From a virus (lineage: Duplodnaviria; Caudoviricetes), in IMG/VR virus record IMGVR_UViG_3300022752_000013: a stretch of 64,000 nucleotides of DNA; one strand, 5' to 3'. The notes beneath the pieces are model-generated. The model worked only from the letters and a program-made list of their open reading frames with translations, was not told the origin of the DNA and did no database searches. Below are positions 18,725 to 27,787 of the stretch, in pieces. Each line of letters opens with the position of its first letter. The first letter of the stretch is position 1. The translations under genes were made by a program, and so were the position numbers.

Positions 18725-19156
18725 TTACTTGTAAATGTAGTTGATGGTGTCCGAATTTTCGCGATAGACTCCAGCACCATTCTTTAAATGGAAACGTCGG
18801 GCCATCTCGGTCTTGGGACTTAGTGTAACATAGGTATCAATACCAGGGAATTCTTGCTTGATCGACTTCTGTGTTTCCACAATCAACTCACGCCCAGACC
18901 CTGCGGCGTAACTCCAAATTGTATAAAATACTGCAACAGTGGCACTTCCAACCAACTCAGCCAAGTCATCCACAGCCGCCGGAATGGCCTGCAAGAATTT
19001 GACACAGGTCACTGCTTGAGTTTGGTCCCCATCCTTCAACATGTAGATTCGACTGTTGGAGTTTATCCGTTTGGTCATGGGGATTTCAGGACGCACAGGG
19101 TCATCCTTGATCAGGGTTTCTAAGTCTTCTGTAATGGTGGTGATGGTGTGTAACAT
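18725..19156 (-). CDS. minimal malonyl-CoA decarboxylase-like (GNAT-fold) protein
   Basis: AVFYTI, G.G..LI, EFPGIDTYVTLSP, ARRFHLKNGA and NYIY match the order of MCD catalytic-domain motifs. Confidence 0.65.
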   Translation of the reverse strand: MLHTITTITEDLETLIKDDPVRPEIPMTKRINSNSRIYMLKDGDQTQAVTCVKFLQAIPAAVDDLAELVGSATVAVFYTIWSYAAGSGRELIVETQKSIKQEFPGIDTYVTLSPKTEMARRFHLKNGAGVYRENSDTINYIYK

Positions 19157-19224
19157 AATCTACGCCGTTAATGTTTATGTAAAGGTATTTATCACAACCT
19201 TTGTTACATTAAAATTACAGAGTG

Positions 19225-19566
19225 TTAGGTGTGGAGTTCTCGGTACCGAGCCATGGCTCGAGCACGGGCCACTGCCAGTCTCACCTGGACATACGCAGAC
19301 AACTCATCATCTGGTTGGTCGGTTGGTGGTGCCACCTTGGGACGTCGAGCCAAACTACTACAAAGAAATTCATCATCTGGAGCATCATAAGGATTGGTAC
19401 CTTGCAAACGAATGGCAGTGAATCTGTGTGGATTACTCCGCAATAGTTTGACTCTTGGCACTCGCGGTTGGTGCGCCCGTGTGTGCAAATCTTTAGATAC
19501 GTGAACAGGCACCTGGGCCCAGGCGGTGACGGATAATATGGCCACAATGATCAAGAAGTGTTTCAT
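19225..19566 (-). CDS. hypothetical exported protein
   Basis: Signal peptide MKHFLIIVAILSVTAWA. Confidence 0.6.
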   Translation of the reverse strand: MKHFLIIVAILSVTAWAQVPVHVSKDLHTRAHQPRVPRVKLLRSNPHRFTAIRLQGTNPYDAPDDEFLCSSLARRPKVAPPTDQPDDELSAYVQVRLAVARARAMARYRELHT

Positions 19567-19602
19567 GTGTATATATAACGCCTTGACCCTGGTTTACGCT
19601 GA

Positions 19603-19635
19603 CACAAAAAAAGGCTCCGAAGAGCCTTTTGTGTG
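19603..19635. terminator. bidirectional-type rho-independent terminator
   Basis: CACAAAAAAAGGCTC-CGAA-GAGCCTTTTGTGTG. Confidence 0.75.
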
Positions 19636-19648
19636 AATCAAATAATGG

Positions 19649-20191
19649 TTAACCCATTGTGTTATCTTGTTTTTCTTTTGGATGGCCCATTGCTCCGACT
19701 TGCCCTCTTCCTCTTCCAAAAAATGTATCAGCAAACATTAATAGTAATATTCCGATTGGAATAAGAATGCCAGATGCAACACCCATACCGGTACCGGCCA
19801 CGCCAGGTTGTGAACCTAAATATCCTCCAACAGCGGAACCTGCTATACCAATGGTGTATAACAATTGAATTAATTTACCTTTCCAATCTCCTGCTAAGCC
19901 CCAAGTAACTTCATCAAGTTGTTGTTCGGCCACTGCCTTTTTTGGTGCAATTTTGTCGAAACCAAGTGCTTTTGCTACCTTAATAGCATTTTCTTGACTT
20001 GGGGTAAAATCTCCGCCTGTGGCTTGTTTTACTTGCTGTGCAATTTGTTGAACTGTATCACCGCCCAAAAGTTTCATTGCTTTAGGTACCAGTGATTTGA
20101 TAGTATCCATCATGCCTTCATCAAGTTGAACCTTGGGTTGTTCTGCTTCCTTGATAATATCAATGTAGTTTCTTAAGAATTCTGTGCTCAT
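19649..20191 (-). CDS. putative virion/ejected membrane protein with LxE sites and Gly-rich TM hairpin
   Basis: Leader MSTEFLRNYIDIIKE; QLDE twice; two Gly-rich hydrophobic helices; TAAATA on minus strand at 20214-20219. Confidence 0.65.
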   Translation of the reverse strand: MSTEFLRNYIDIIKEAEQPKVQLDEGMMDTIKSLVPKAMKLLGGDTVQQIAQQVKQATGGDFTPSQENAIKVAKALGFDKIAPKKAVAEQQLDEVTWGLAGDWKGKLIQLLYTIGIAGSAVGGYLGSQPGVAGTGMGVASGILIPIGILLLMFADTFFGRGRGQVGAMGHPKEKQDNTMG

Positions 20192-20335
20192 ATCATCTCC
20201 AAATAATTGCTTTTATTTACCTTATGTGCAAGTTTAGGCAAATGAGTTGTCAAAAAGCCTTGCTATTGCCAGCAAGATGCCTTATACTTGTTGAATGCTG
20301 TACGCAACGGCTATTTTACATGAAAGGTAATTTAT

Positions 20336-20602
20336 ATGCGTTTTAATCCAGAAACTAAGACTTTTAAAGTCTTCAATGCACTCTACAACGGCGAAACTTT
20401 GACTCCATCAGAAGCAAAGAAGCGTTTTGGCGTGGGCAACCTCAGTGCCGAAGCCAGCCGTATCCGTCAAGCCGGTTTTGCTGTTTATAGCAACAGCCGT
20501 GTTGCCGGTAATGGTGTCAAGGTTACAGAATATGTAATTGGGAAACCATCAAGAAAAATCGTAGCCGCAGGCTACAAAGCAATGGCCATGGGCTTGGTCT
20601 AA
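20336..20602 (+). CDS. winged helix-turn-helix DNA-binding protein
   Basis: LYNGETLTPSEAKKRFGVGNLSAEASRIRQAGF. Confidence 0.65.
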   Translation: MRFNPETKTFKVFNALYNGETLTPSEAKKRFGVGNLSAEASRIRQAGFAVYSNSRVAGNGVKVTEYVIGKPSRKIVAAGYKAMAMGLV

Positions 20603-20643
20603 AATTTAGACACGCTGTCCAATTCAGACTGGACACATTGATA

Positions 20644-20670
20644 AAACCCTGTTCACGACAGGGTTTTTTC
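20644..20670 (+). terminator. rho-independent terminator
   Basis: AAACCCTGT-TCACG-ACAGGGTTTTTT. Confidence 0.8.
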
Positions 20671-20699
20671 TTGACTGCATATTCCTAATCCTGTATAAT
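20671..20699 (+). promoter_or_regulatory. sigma70-type early promoter
   Basis: TTGACT-17-TATAAT. Confidence 0.8.
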
Positions 20700-20730
20700 A
20701 ACTTTATCGTTTAACATTTGGAGCATATAA

Positions 20731-21648
20731 ATGACAACAAAAAAATCTAGTCTAGAAACAGAATTGTTATTTGCAAGCAAAGATAAAAATCTGCTCATCG
20801 AGCAAGGAAAACTCGAAGACGAAAAATCAAGGAATTTTATAAAATCTGCATTAGGTATAAAAAAGAAATTAGTTGAAGCCACACGACATAGCATTTTGTC
20901 TGGCCCGCCCGGCGTAGGAAAGACTCATGGCACTATGGACGAATGTAGAAATGCGGGACTCAAATATATAACTATTGCTCCTGGTATGACTGATTTACAG
21001 TTGGCTATCAAGTTAGCAATCGGTGTTGCTGAACTTAACGACAATGAAGAATTAGTTGTCATCTTAGATGATGCAGATGATGTTGTTTTTGGTGCATACG
21101 AAACACTTAATAAGTGGAAATTAGCAATGGGGGATATTGACTACGAATTGGGCATTATCCCGCATTATCACTATCCTGCAAGTATGATCTCAACTATCTC
21201 TTCGTTGACTAAACAAAATAGAATGAAGATTGTGAGTACCATACAAAAATGGCAATCTGACTCTGACATTGGACTGTCCATCCCAATGGATAGAGTTAGA
21301 TTCATTGTATTATGTAATTTAGATTTAGAGAATCCGAAAGCATTTACTAGTCCAAAAATTCGAAGTGCAGTAGCCCCTGTTCTAGATCGATTTAATTATA
21401 AACGTATGTCTATTCCCTGGACACACCAATGGGGGTGGCTGGCATACACACTTAAAAACACGCAACCATTTCCAGAATTTCCATTATCTGTAGACCAAAA
21501 GAAACTTCTATTAGATTGGTTATATAGCAATTGGTCCCAATTACGCGGTGGCGGGGCATCATACAGAACTGTTAGAAAATTAGCGGCTGACATGATTAAT
21601 GAAACGGAGTACGAAGATGCATGGAAAGAAAATCTCAAAGGAAACTAA
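20731..21648 (+). CDS. AAA+ family ATPase
   Basis: Walker A GPPGVGKT, Walker B VILDDAD, sensor LCN, Arg finger VLDRF. Confidence 0.8.
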   Translation: MTTKKSSLETELLFASKDKNLLIEQGKLEDEKSRNFIKSALGIKKKLVEATRHSILSGPPGVGKTHGTMDECRNAGLKYITIAPGMTDLQLAIKLAIGVAELNDNEELVVILDDADDVVFGAYETLNKWKLAMGDIDYELGIIPHYHYPASMISTISSLTKQNRMKIVSTIQKWQSDSDIGLSIPMDRVRFIVLCNLDLENPKAFTSPKIRSAVAPVLDRFNYKRMSIPWTHQWGWLAYTLKNTQPFPEFPLSVDQKKLLLDWLYSNWSQLRGGGASYRTVRKLAADMINETEYEDAWKENLKGN

Positions 21649-22141
21649 AACTTTTGATGAATCAATTGATTCGTTACTAGCAGAGTTAGAATTACCATCA
21701 GACTCCGAAATCAAAAAACATACTGGTAATGTCAAACAAGCACAAAAGGTTAAGGGAAGAAAACGTCCAGATCAAAGTACTCGAATGGCAGGCGATCGCA
21801 ACTCGATGGCTGGCAAAACGCATCCTAACAAAGGTAAGTCTTTACCGCAGATAGGAAGACCGGGGCAGAAGAAACCAGAAGGGTTCGGTGAAAAGATTAG
21901 AAAATCTCGAAAAGGTATTCCAAATTTGAAAGCACTCGGTGTAGAAAGACCAGACCATAGTGAGTTGATGAAAACAAAAAATCCTATGTTTCGTCCTATC
22001 CGAACCCCACACGGTGATTTTGATTCTATACGATTTGTAATCGCTGATGAAAAAGCCAGAGGAATGAAAAATGTAGAACGCCGTGTGCGTAACTTGCTCG
22101 CTATCTCGGGCTCGGGATATTACTACATTGACCATAATTAA
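21599..22141 (+). CDS. NUMOD3-like basic repeat protein with no recognisable nuclease domain
   Basis: KGRKRPDQS..M.G..N.M, KGIPN, RPDHSELMK..NPM; start uncertain. Confidence 0.5.
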   Translation: MKRSTKMHGKKISKETKTFDESIDSLLAELELPSDSEIKKHTGNVKQAQKVKGRKRPDQSTRMAGDRNSMAGKTHPNKGKSLPQIGRPGQKKPEGFGEKIRKSRKGIPNLKALGVERPDHSELMKTKNPMFRPIRTPHGDFDSIRFVIADEKARGMKNVERRVRNLLAISGSGYYYIDHN

Positions 22142-22156
22142 ACTTTCCTGTATAAT
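22128..22156 (+). promoter_or_regulatory. sigma70-type early promoter
   Basis: TTGACC-17-TATAAT. Confidence 0.8.
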
Positions 22157-22162
22157 AGCAAC

Positions 22163-22615
22163 ATGCTTAAAAAACTCTTTGACCGCTTGGGTCGGTACCG
22201 TATTATTATGGACCGTGTGGATAATCAACCATACTTGGAACGCTACTATGTGTTTCTCCGAGATCGGGAACGATTTCCGTTCAACGTGTTTGTACACAAG
22301 TTTTTGAAAAGTGATACCGAAGATGTGCATGACCATCCTTGGCCGTTCCTGACCATAATTCTCCGAGGCGGCTACTGGGAATGGACACCGCAGTTTGATG
22401 CCCAAGGTCGCAAGGCGGGTGAGATTGCCCGCTGGTGTGGACCGGGAAGCATGCGTTGGGCCAAGGCCCGTCAGTATCACAGAGTTGAACTGGACCCAGA
22501 TGTCACGTGCTGGACCTTGTTCTGCCCGGGTGTCAAACAACGTGATTGGGGATTCCTGGTCCAGAACCAGTGGATACAATGGGAACAGTATCTAGCCACT
22601 CGCTCAAGTAAATAA
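22163..22615 (+). CDS. cupin-fold protein
   Basis: HDHPW..GGYWE..YHRVEL metal-binding cupin motifs. Confidence 0.7.
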   Translation: MLKKLFDRLGRYRIIMDRVDNQPYLERYYVFLRDRERFPFNVFVHKFLKSDTEDVHDHPWPFLTIILRGGYWEWTPQFDAQGRKAGEIARWCGPGSMRWAKARQYHRVELDPDVTCWTLFCPGVKQRDWGFLVQNQWIQWEQYLATRSSK

Positions 22616-22632
22616 CACAAGGAAATCATATT

Positions 22633-23010
22633 ATGAACTTAGAAACTATCATAGCCGCCATGTTTACCGGAGTAGGATTTGGTGTGATTGTGTTCTTGCT
22701 ATTTGTTTGGATAATATCTCGACGAATCCAGTTTCGGATTGATTCAGAAATATCGGGTGTGATAGAAAAATTAGCCCAGGATCGACTGATAGCACTCACG
22801 GTGGAAATTGACAACAATCAGTACTTCTGCTACAATGCACTTACCAAAGACTTTGTATGCCAAGGCTACAGTTTGAAAGAAATCATAGAACGATTTCGTC
22901 TGCGTTATCCCGACAAGGCCGCCGCAATATATGACGGCGATGAAACAGCAGTACAGACACTCAAATCTCAAATGGATCAACTTGATAAATCAGACACAGT
23001 GCAATCTTAA
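22633..23010 (+). CDS. membrane-anchored hypothetical protein
   Basis: N-terminal TM helix; TAAATA at 22609-22614. Confidence 0.7.
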   Translation: MNLETIIAAMFTGVGFGVIVFLLFVWIISRRIQFRIDSEISGVIEKLAQDRLIALTVEIDNNQYFCYNALTKDFVCQGYSLKEIIERFRLRYPDKAAAIYDGDETAVQTLKSQMDQLDKSDTVQS

Positions 23011-24091
23011 AGGCACCCAAAAATTATTTTTTATCCAGTTAAATCAGGCTGCCTCTTGTTGTAGAAGTAATCTTGAATCGTTGCCGGCTGACATGTCAGA
23101 CTTGCTTGAGCATTGGCAACTGGAACATGATCAATTGACACAAGGCATTGCCGTTCAAAATTGTTCTGTTTGTTGGAAACAACAGGCCCAAGGTCATACA
23201 TCTTGGAGACAACTACACGGTCACCAGAATAACAACACCGTTGAACTGTGGTTGAACAATTCCTGCAATCAAATGTGTAGTTATTGTAGTCCAAAATTCT
23301 CTAGCACTTGGCAACAGAATATCATTGACCACGGACCTTTTGAAAATATCAGTAGCACAGCCAAATCCAATCTTGACCTGCCACCAATAGCAATAGATCA
23401 GCAACAGTGGATAGAAAAAATAGGTGAATATTTACAATCTCAACCTCCAGAATCAGTTGATCTAAAGTTGTTGGGCGGTGAGCCCTTGATGCAGATTCGA
23501 AATTTACAAAAATTAATTGATCTTTCTGGTAATAGTATAAATCAACTGATGATAAACACCAATCTCAATCCTCCCAACAATCGATTCCTGCATTGGTTAT
23601 TGGACACAGTGCCTGCTTACAAACTCAAATTTGAGATAAGTCTAGACGCCAGTCCCAAATATAATCATGTGCCAAGAGCAGGATTTGATCCAGAACGATT
23701 CCATACCAATTTAGAATTGCTGATTGAAAAAAATATAAATTTTGGTTTTTTGTCGGTTATGAGTGTGCTGAGTATTTTTGACTTGCCCGACTTTACGAAA
23801 TGGTCTCAACCATATCAAGTGGCATTTAACAAAATCAACAATCCGGATTGCCTGGACCCAATTTGGTTACCAATGGAAATCTTAGACCAAATAAACAACC
23901 AGTTTGAGCAAGAACCGCCAATGATTTTCCAAGAATTATACAACAAGCCGCAATCTTTGGTTGACCTAAAATTGTTTGAGCAGTATAATTACTTGTGTCA
24001 GTATTTTTCTAGAACTGGCATAAACATCAAACAAATCGATAATCTCTTGTTCCAACAATATTGGACTTGGCTAGAAGAAAGACAAAAATGA
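22931..24091 (+). CDS. radical SAM protein
   Basis: CNQMCSYC, LLGGEPL, INTN; true start uncertain. Confidence 0.75.
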   Translation: MTAMKQQYRHSNLKWINLINQTQCNLKGTQKLFFIQLNQAASCCRSNLESLPADMSDLLEHWQLEHDQLTQGIAVQNCSVCWKQQAQGHTSWRQLHGHQNNNTVELWLNNSCNQMCSYCSPKFSSTWQQNIIDHGPFENISSTAKSNLDLPPIAIDQQQWIEKIGEYLQSQPPESVDLKLLGGEPLMQIRNLQKLIDLSGNSINQLMINTNLNPPNNRFLHWLLDTVPAYKLKFEISLDASPKYNHVPRAGFDPERFHTNLELLIEKNINFGFLSVMSVLSIFDLPDFTKWSQPYQVAFNKINNPDCLDPIWLPMEILDQINNQFEQEPPMIFQELYNKPQSLVDLKLFEQYNYLCQYFSRTGINIKQIDNLLFQQYWTWLEERQK

Positions 24092-24942
24092 AAATCTCAC
24101 TGGTCAGTGACGTACATTTAGAATTTGGAGACTTGGACTTTGAAAATGATCAAGGTGCTGAAGTCTTGATTCTGTCTGGCGACATTTGCGTGGCTAAAGA
24201 CATTGCCCAACGTGATCCCTATGGCATCATGGGCCCAGGATATCGTAGCAATCGCTTTCATGATTTCTTTCAACGCTGTCATGACCGGTTTCCACATGTG
24301 ATCTACATTGTGGGCAATCATGAATACTACCATGGCGACTTTGCCACCGCTTTTGCACATCTCAAGGATGTGCTGGGCTACTTGCCCAACTTGCATATCC
24401 TGGAAAAAGAATCTATTACTATTGGTGACACCACATTCTTGTGTGGTACGCTGTGGACTGACATGAACCGTGAAGACCCGGATACCTTGTATCGCATTCG
24501 CAGTTACATGAATGATTTTAGAATCATCAAAGACAGTCGCCATCCTGTACACTTCAAGGACTCGGAAGGTCACAGGCACACACGTGATGGCAAATTCAGC
24601 CCCGAGGCAACGGTGGAAGAGCACCGGGCCATGTTGAAGTTTGTGAAGGAGTCAATTGAGGCCAATCCTGCAGGTAAGTATGTGGTAGTTGGTCATCATG
24701 CACCCAGCCGGGCGTCGACTCATGCACAGTACGCAGATCAAACCATGGTGAATGGTGCTTACAGTTCAGACCTGGATCAGTTTATTCTTGATCGTCCACA
24801 AATCAAACTATGGACACATGGACACACTCATCATGAGTTTGACTACATGATCGGCTCGTGCCGTGTGATGTGCAACCCACGTGGTTATGATGGCTATGAA
24901 CAACAGGCGGAACAATGGAAACTAAAAACAGTAGATATCTAA
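24088..24942 (+). CDS. calcineurin-like metallophosphoesterase
   Basis: SDVHLE, LSGD, VGNHE, GHHAP, HGHTH. Confidence 0.9.
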   Translation: MKISLVSDVHLEFGDLDFENDQGAEVLILSGDICVAKDIAQRDPYGIMGPGYRSNRFHDFFQRCHDRFPHVIYIVGNHEYYHGDFATAFAHLKDVLGYLPNLHILEKESITIGDTTFLCGTLWTDMNREDPDTLYRIRSYMNDFRIIKDSRHPVHFKDSEGHRHTRDGKFSPEATVEEHRAMLKFVKESIEANPAGKYVVVGHHAPSRASTHAQYADQTMVNGAYSSDLDQFILDRPQIKLWTHGHTHHEFDYMIGSCRVMCNPRGYDGYEQQAEQWKLKTVDI

Positions 24943-25121
24943 ACTGGTTGCGTTACAGTGGTGCCAGCATCATTGTAACGCTTAATCCCTTGCATTGGCG
25001 ATGGGTGCCTCAAGCACGTCGCGAACGCAATACAGAATGGCCCAGCCCCAATGAGGTCACTTACATGGTGAGTTGGTTGTTTGTGACCATACGTGGTTGG
25101 GTAGATGATGGTGATTGGTAG
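24915..25121 (+). CDS. hypothetical protein
   Basis: 68 aa ORF in a coupled series. Confidence 0.55.
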   Translation: METKNSRYLNWLRYSGASIIVTLNPLHWRWVPQARRERNTEWPSPNEVTYMVSWLFVTIRGWVDDGDW

Positions 25122-25273
25122 TGCGAGATCTAGTGTCATACATAGTTTATGCCCTGATGTTTATAGTGGTATATAACCACAACTCTGTAATGGGCCCGGA
25201 CCGTGAACGTGCAGAACTGGCTCGGCTACGAGACTCAAGTGGATACTTAATACGATATGAACCAACAGACTAA
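25121..25273 (+). CDS. small membrane protein (50 aa, GTG start; not in ORF track)
   Basis: VRDLVSYIVYALMFIVVYNHNSVMGPDRERAELARLRD; fills the gap between flanking genes. Confidence 0.4.
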   Translation: MRDLVSYIVYALMFIVVYNHNSVMGPDRERAELARLRDSSGYLIRYEPTD

Positions 25274-25529
25274 ACAACTAGCAGAACAAGCAGGCTTTGT
25301 TCTAGATGACTTGCCAGACTCGGTTCTACAGCCATTGGAGACGTTTGCTGATCTATTGAGAACTGCCAACACTCGTGAAGTGATTGCATTGTGTGCCAGC
25401 ACAATTAATAATAACATCAATGAGCAAAAGCAAAAAACAAAACATCGTTGGGAAATCGTAGAAGCCCTAGTGATCGTAACAGCATTGATAGCCTGGGCCA
25501 CCTGGTGGTACACTCAGTCACACACTTAA
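25257..25529 (+). CDS. hypothetical protein with C-terminal TM helix
   Basis: IVEALVIVTALIAWATWW. Confidence 0.6.
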   Translation: MNQQTKQLAEQAGFVLDDLPDSVLQPLETFADLLRTANTREVIALCASTINNNINEQKQKTKHRWEIVEALVIVTALIAWATWWYTQSHT

Positions 25530-25539
25530 AGGATAACAC

Positions 25540-26253
25540 ATGAAAGTATATATTGGTAAACCTCGAGATCACTGGATCTCACCTTACACCATGTTGGACT
25601 ATGCGTTCTGGTGGACTGATTGGTCACGGTGCAGTCGTGACCGGCGTATCCGCAGTCTTGAAGAAGAAAGCAAGTATGTGGAACATCCTGCCTGGGTAGA
25701 ACGTTGGAGCAACTACTTGACTCCTGTTAGTCGTGCTATTGCCTGGGTATTGGATCGTGTGCATCCGGCCATCAACCTTGTGAAGATTGACTACTGGGAT
25801 ACCTGGAGCATGGATCATACTCTGAGTCCCATTATCCTTCCCATGCTCCGGCAATTGAAAACAACTCAGCACGGTGCAGGATTTGTTGATGATACGGATG
25901 TGCCTGAAGAACTAAAATCAACGTCAGCACCCGCCAAAGAGAACGAGTGGGACACTGATGCCAATCACTTTGCTCGCTGGGAACATGTGCTGAACGAAAT
26001 GATCTTTGCATTTGAATGCAAAGTGGATGACTCATGGGAAGATGCGTTCCGTTCAGGAGAACATGACATGTTGTGGGTGCCTGTAGACGTACATGGCAAC
26101 GAAGTGCCTAAAGGTGAGCACCGGTACTATGAAATGAAAGACGGTCCCAAGAACACATACAAGTGCGATTACGAAGGAATGCGAGTGGTTGAAGCACGTA
26201 TTCAAAACGGTTTCCGTTTGTTCGGCAAATACTATCAAAATCTCTGGGACTAA
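25540..26253 (+). CDS. hypothetical phage protein
   Basis: 237 aa; RBS AAGGA; DTWSMD..L..IILPML and GFRLFGKY motifs. Confidence 0.75.
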   Translation: MKVYIGKPRDHWISPYTMLDYAFWWTDWSRCSRDRRIRSLEEESKYVEHPAWVERWSNYLTPVSRAIAWVLDRVHPAINLVKIDYWDTWSMDHTLSPIILPMLRQLKTTQHGAGFVDDTDVPEELKSTSAPAKENEWDTDANHFARWEHVLNEMIFAFECKVDDSWEDAFRSGEHDMLWVPVDVHGNEVPKGEHRYYEMKDGPKNTYKCDYEGMRVVEARIQNGFRLFGKYYQNLWD

Positions 26254-26726
26254 TGGAAGAATCCAACTCCGCCAAGGGTAGAGACAGTTTTGATATTTCT
26301 ACCGGCAACACCTTGGTGCATTTCTTTAATCGTAATGTAACACCTTACGCCACTAGCACTCTGGGCCCGACATTTGATCTAGTGCCAGTAGAAAAACAAA
26401 AAGATCTCATGATCAACCATGCTAGGATGTATGCCCAGCAGGAATATAATCGCATTATGGAATTGGTGGCGGTATTACAACGACAAGCCGAGGATATCCG
26501 ACGTAGATTAGAAGTTACCGATATGGTCCACGGTGCTGAGTATCAGTTTCAAATTGTGATGGGCAACTGCTATTGGTTGGTATGGCACCGGAGATTTGAG
26601 AAAACTCTCTTGGTTGTGACTGGTCCGGATGAATGGAATACTGGTGTACCCGAAGATTATGAATACTTGACGCAGGTACGATACATGGGAGACCATACCT
26701 GGCTAGAGATTGACTCCAAATCCTAA
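26253..26726 (+). CDS. DUF2452-like protein
   Basis: LQRQA...GNCYWL...GPDEW...MGDHTW pattern. Confidence 0.55.
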   Translation: MEESNSAKGRDSFDISTGNTLVHFFNRNVTPYATSTLGPTFDLVPVEKQKDLMINHARMYAQQEYNRIMELVAVLQRQAEDIRRRLEVTDMVHGAEYQFQIVMGNCYWLVWHRRFEKTLLVVTGPDEWNTGVPEDYEYLTQVRYMGDHTWLEIDSKS

Positions 26727-26738
26727 ATGTGCTACAAT
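26710..26738 (+). promoter_or_regulatory. sigma70-type early promoter driving the paralogue array
   Basis: TTGACT-17-TACAAT. Confidence 0.75.
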
Positions 26739-26743
26739 AAATC

Positions 26744-26920
26744 ATGACTACCATAACTGTTGAAGGTGTTGATCGAGCAATTAATGCTGGTGCCTGGCTT
26801 GAAGAACAATGCATAAAGTATGAACTGTTTGGCATTGGACTATTGTCCTCTGATCCCAAATATCAGTTTAAATTTGCCAGCGCCCAGGACGCAACACACT
26901 TTGCACTACGATGGCGATAA
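26744..26920 (+). CDS. F-x-L-K/R-W family small protein 1 (58 aa; not in ORF track)
   Basis: Ends YQFKFASAQDATHFALRWR. Confidence 0.75.
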   Translation: MTTITVEGVDRAINAGAWLEEQCIKYELFGIGLLSSDPKYQFKFASAQDATHFALRWR

Positions 26921-26923
26921 GAT

Positions 26924-27154
26924 ATGTTCGAGCATGAGATACGTATAGAAAATGCTGGTCCTGACGACGGCATATACTGGAGCCATGAACTGCAAGTGAC
27001 CGGCCTGATTCAAGATCAAGACTATGTGTGGCAATACATGCCGGCTTGGGACGACAATTTTGGATCCGACAATTCATCGCCTCGAGCCGTGGTGTTTGCG
27101 TTTAGCAATCCTGCCCTGGCAACCTTTTATCAATTGAAATGGCAACGTTGCTAA
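26924..27154 (+). CDS. F-x-L-K/R-W family small protein 2
   Basis: Ends VVFAFSNPALATFYQLKWQRC. Confidence 0.75.
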   Translation: MFEHEIRIENAGPDDGIYWSHELQVTGLIQDQDYVWQYMPAWDDNFGSDNSSPRAVVFAFSNPALATFYQLKWQRC

Positions 27155-27372
27155 TGAAACAACACATGCTACCCGAAACTGCTCGAATGTTTGACCAGTG
27201 TGTACATTGTGTGACACCACGAAAAGATGCATACGGACCAGATATCATGCGTTGGCTTACTGAAAATATAATCAAAACTGAAGCAGGATTCAGGCCTTGG
27301 ACTAGAACAGATCGAGAATTCCGATTCATGCACGAACGTGATGCTGTGGTGTTTGCACTCAAATGGTCATGA
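27139..27372 (+). CDS. F-x-L-K/R-W family small protein 3
   Basis: Ends REFRFMHERDAVVFALKWS. Confidence 0.75.
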   Translation: MATLLMKQHMLPETARMFDQCVHCVTPRKDAYGPDIMRWLTENIIKTEAGFRPWTRTDREFRFMHERDAVVFALKWS

Positions 27373-27560
27373 CTCATACAGTAAGAATACCCTGGCGAAA
27401 GGGCGACACGATTTCTAAATGGGACGAAGTATGTGTTTGGGTAATTGAAGAATTTGGCTTGCCTGGTGAACGTTATTCAACACACCCTAAACACGATGCT
27501 ATGTTTTTTGTTTTCCAGGACAGCCGGGACGCTATATACTTCAAACTCCGATGGCTATAA
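27369..27560 (+). CDS. F-x-L-K/R-W family small protein 4
   Basis: Ends MFFVFQDSRDAIYFKLRWL. Confidence 0.75.
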   Translation: MTHTVRIPWRKGDTISKWDEVCVWVIEEFGLPGERYSTHPKHDAMFFVFQDSRDAIYFKLRWL

Positions 27561-27787
27561 AAACTGCTGAAGACACAATACGATTGGGCGACAGTTTCAG
27601 TCATGCCTGTAGAATTCAAAAAAACTACGGTGTGTTGGAACAAATACTAGCATGGTCAAAAGAGAGTTTGACAGCAGAATGGCGTTGGCAACTGGTCAGT
27701 GTAAGTTCAGATATCCGCCCAGGAGATTACATTTTCTACTTTGATAGTGAGCGTGACTATCTAGCATTTGTTATGAAATGGTTATAA
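27551..27787 (+). CDS. F-x-L-K/R-W family small protein 5
   Basis: Ends YIFYFDSERDYLAFVMKWL. Confidence 0.75.
   Translation: MAIKTAEDTIRLGDSFSHACRIQKNYGVLEQILAWSKESLTAEWRWQLVSVSSDIRPGDYIFYFDSERDYLAFVMKWL

Noticed and set aside
21599-22141. Active homing endonuclease
   Set aside because: Only NUMOD3-like repeats; no GIY-YIG, HNH or LAGLIDADG motif.
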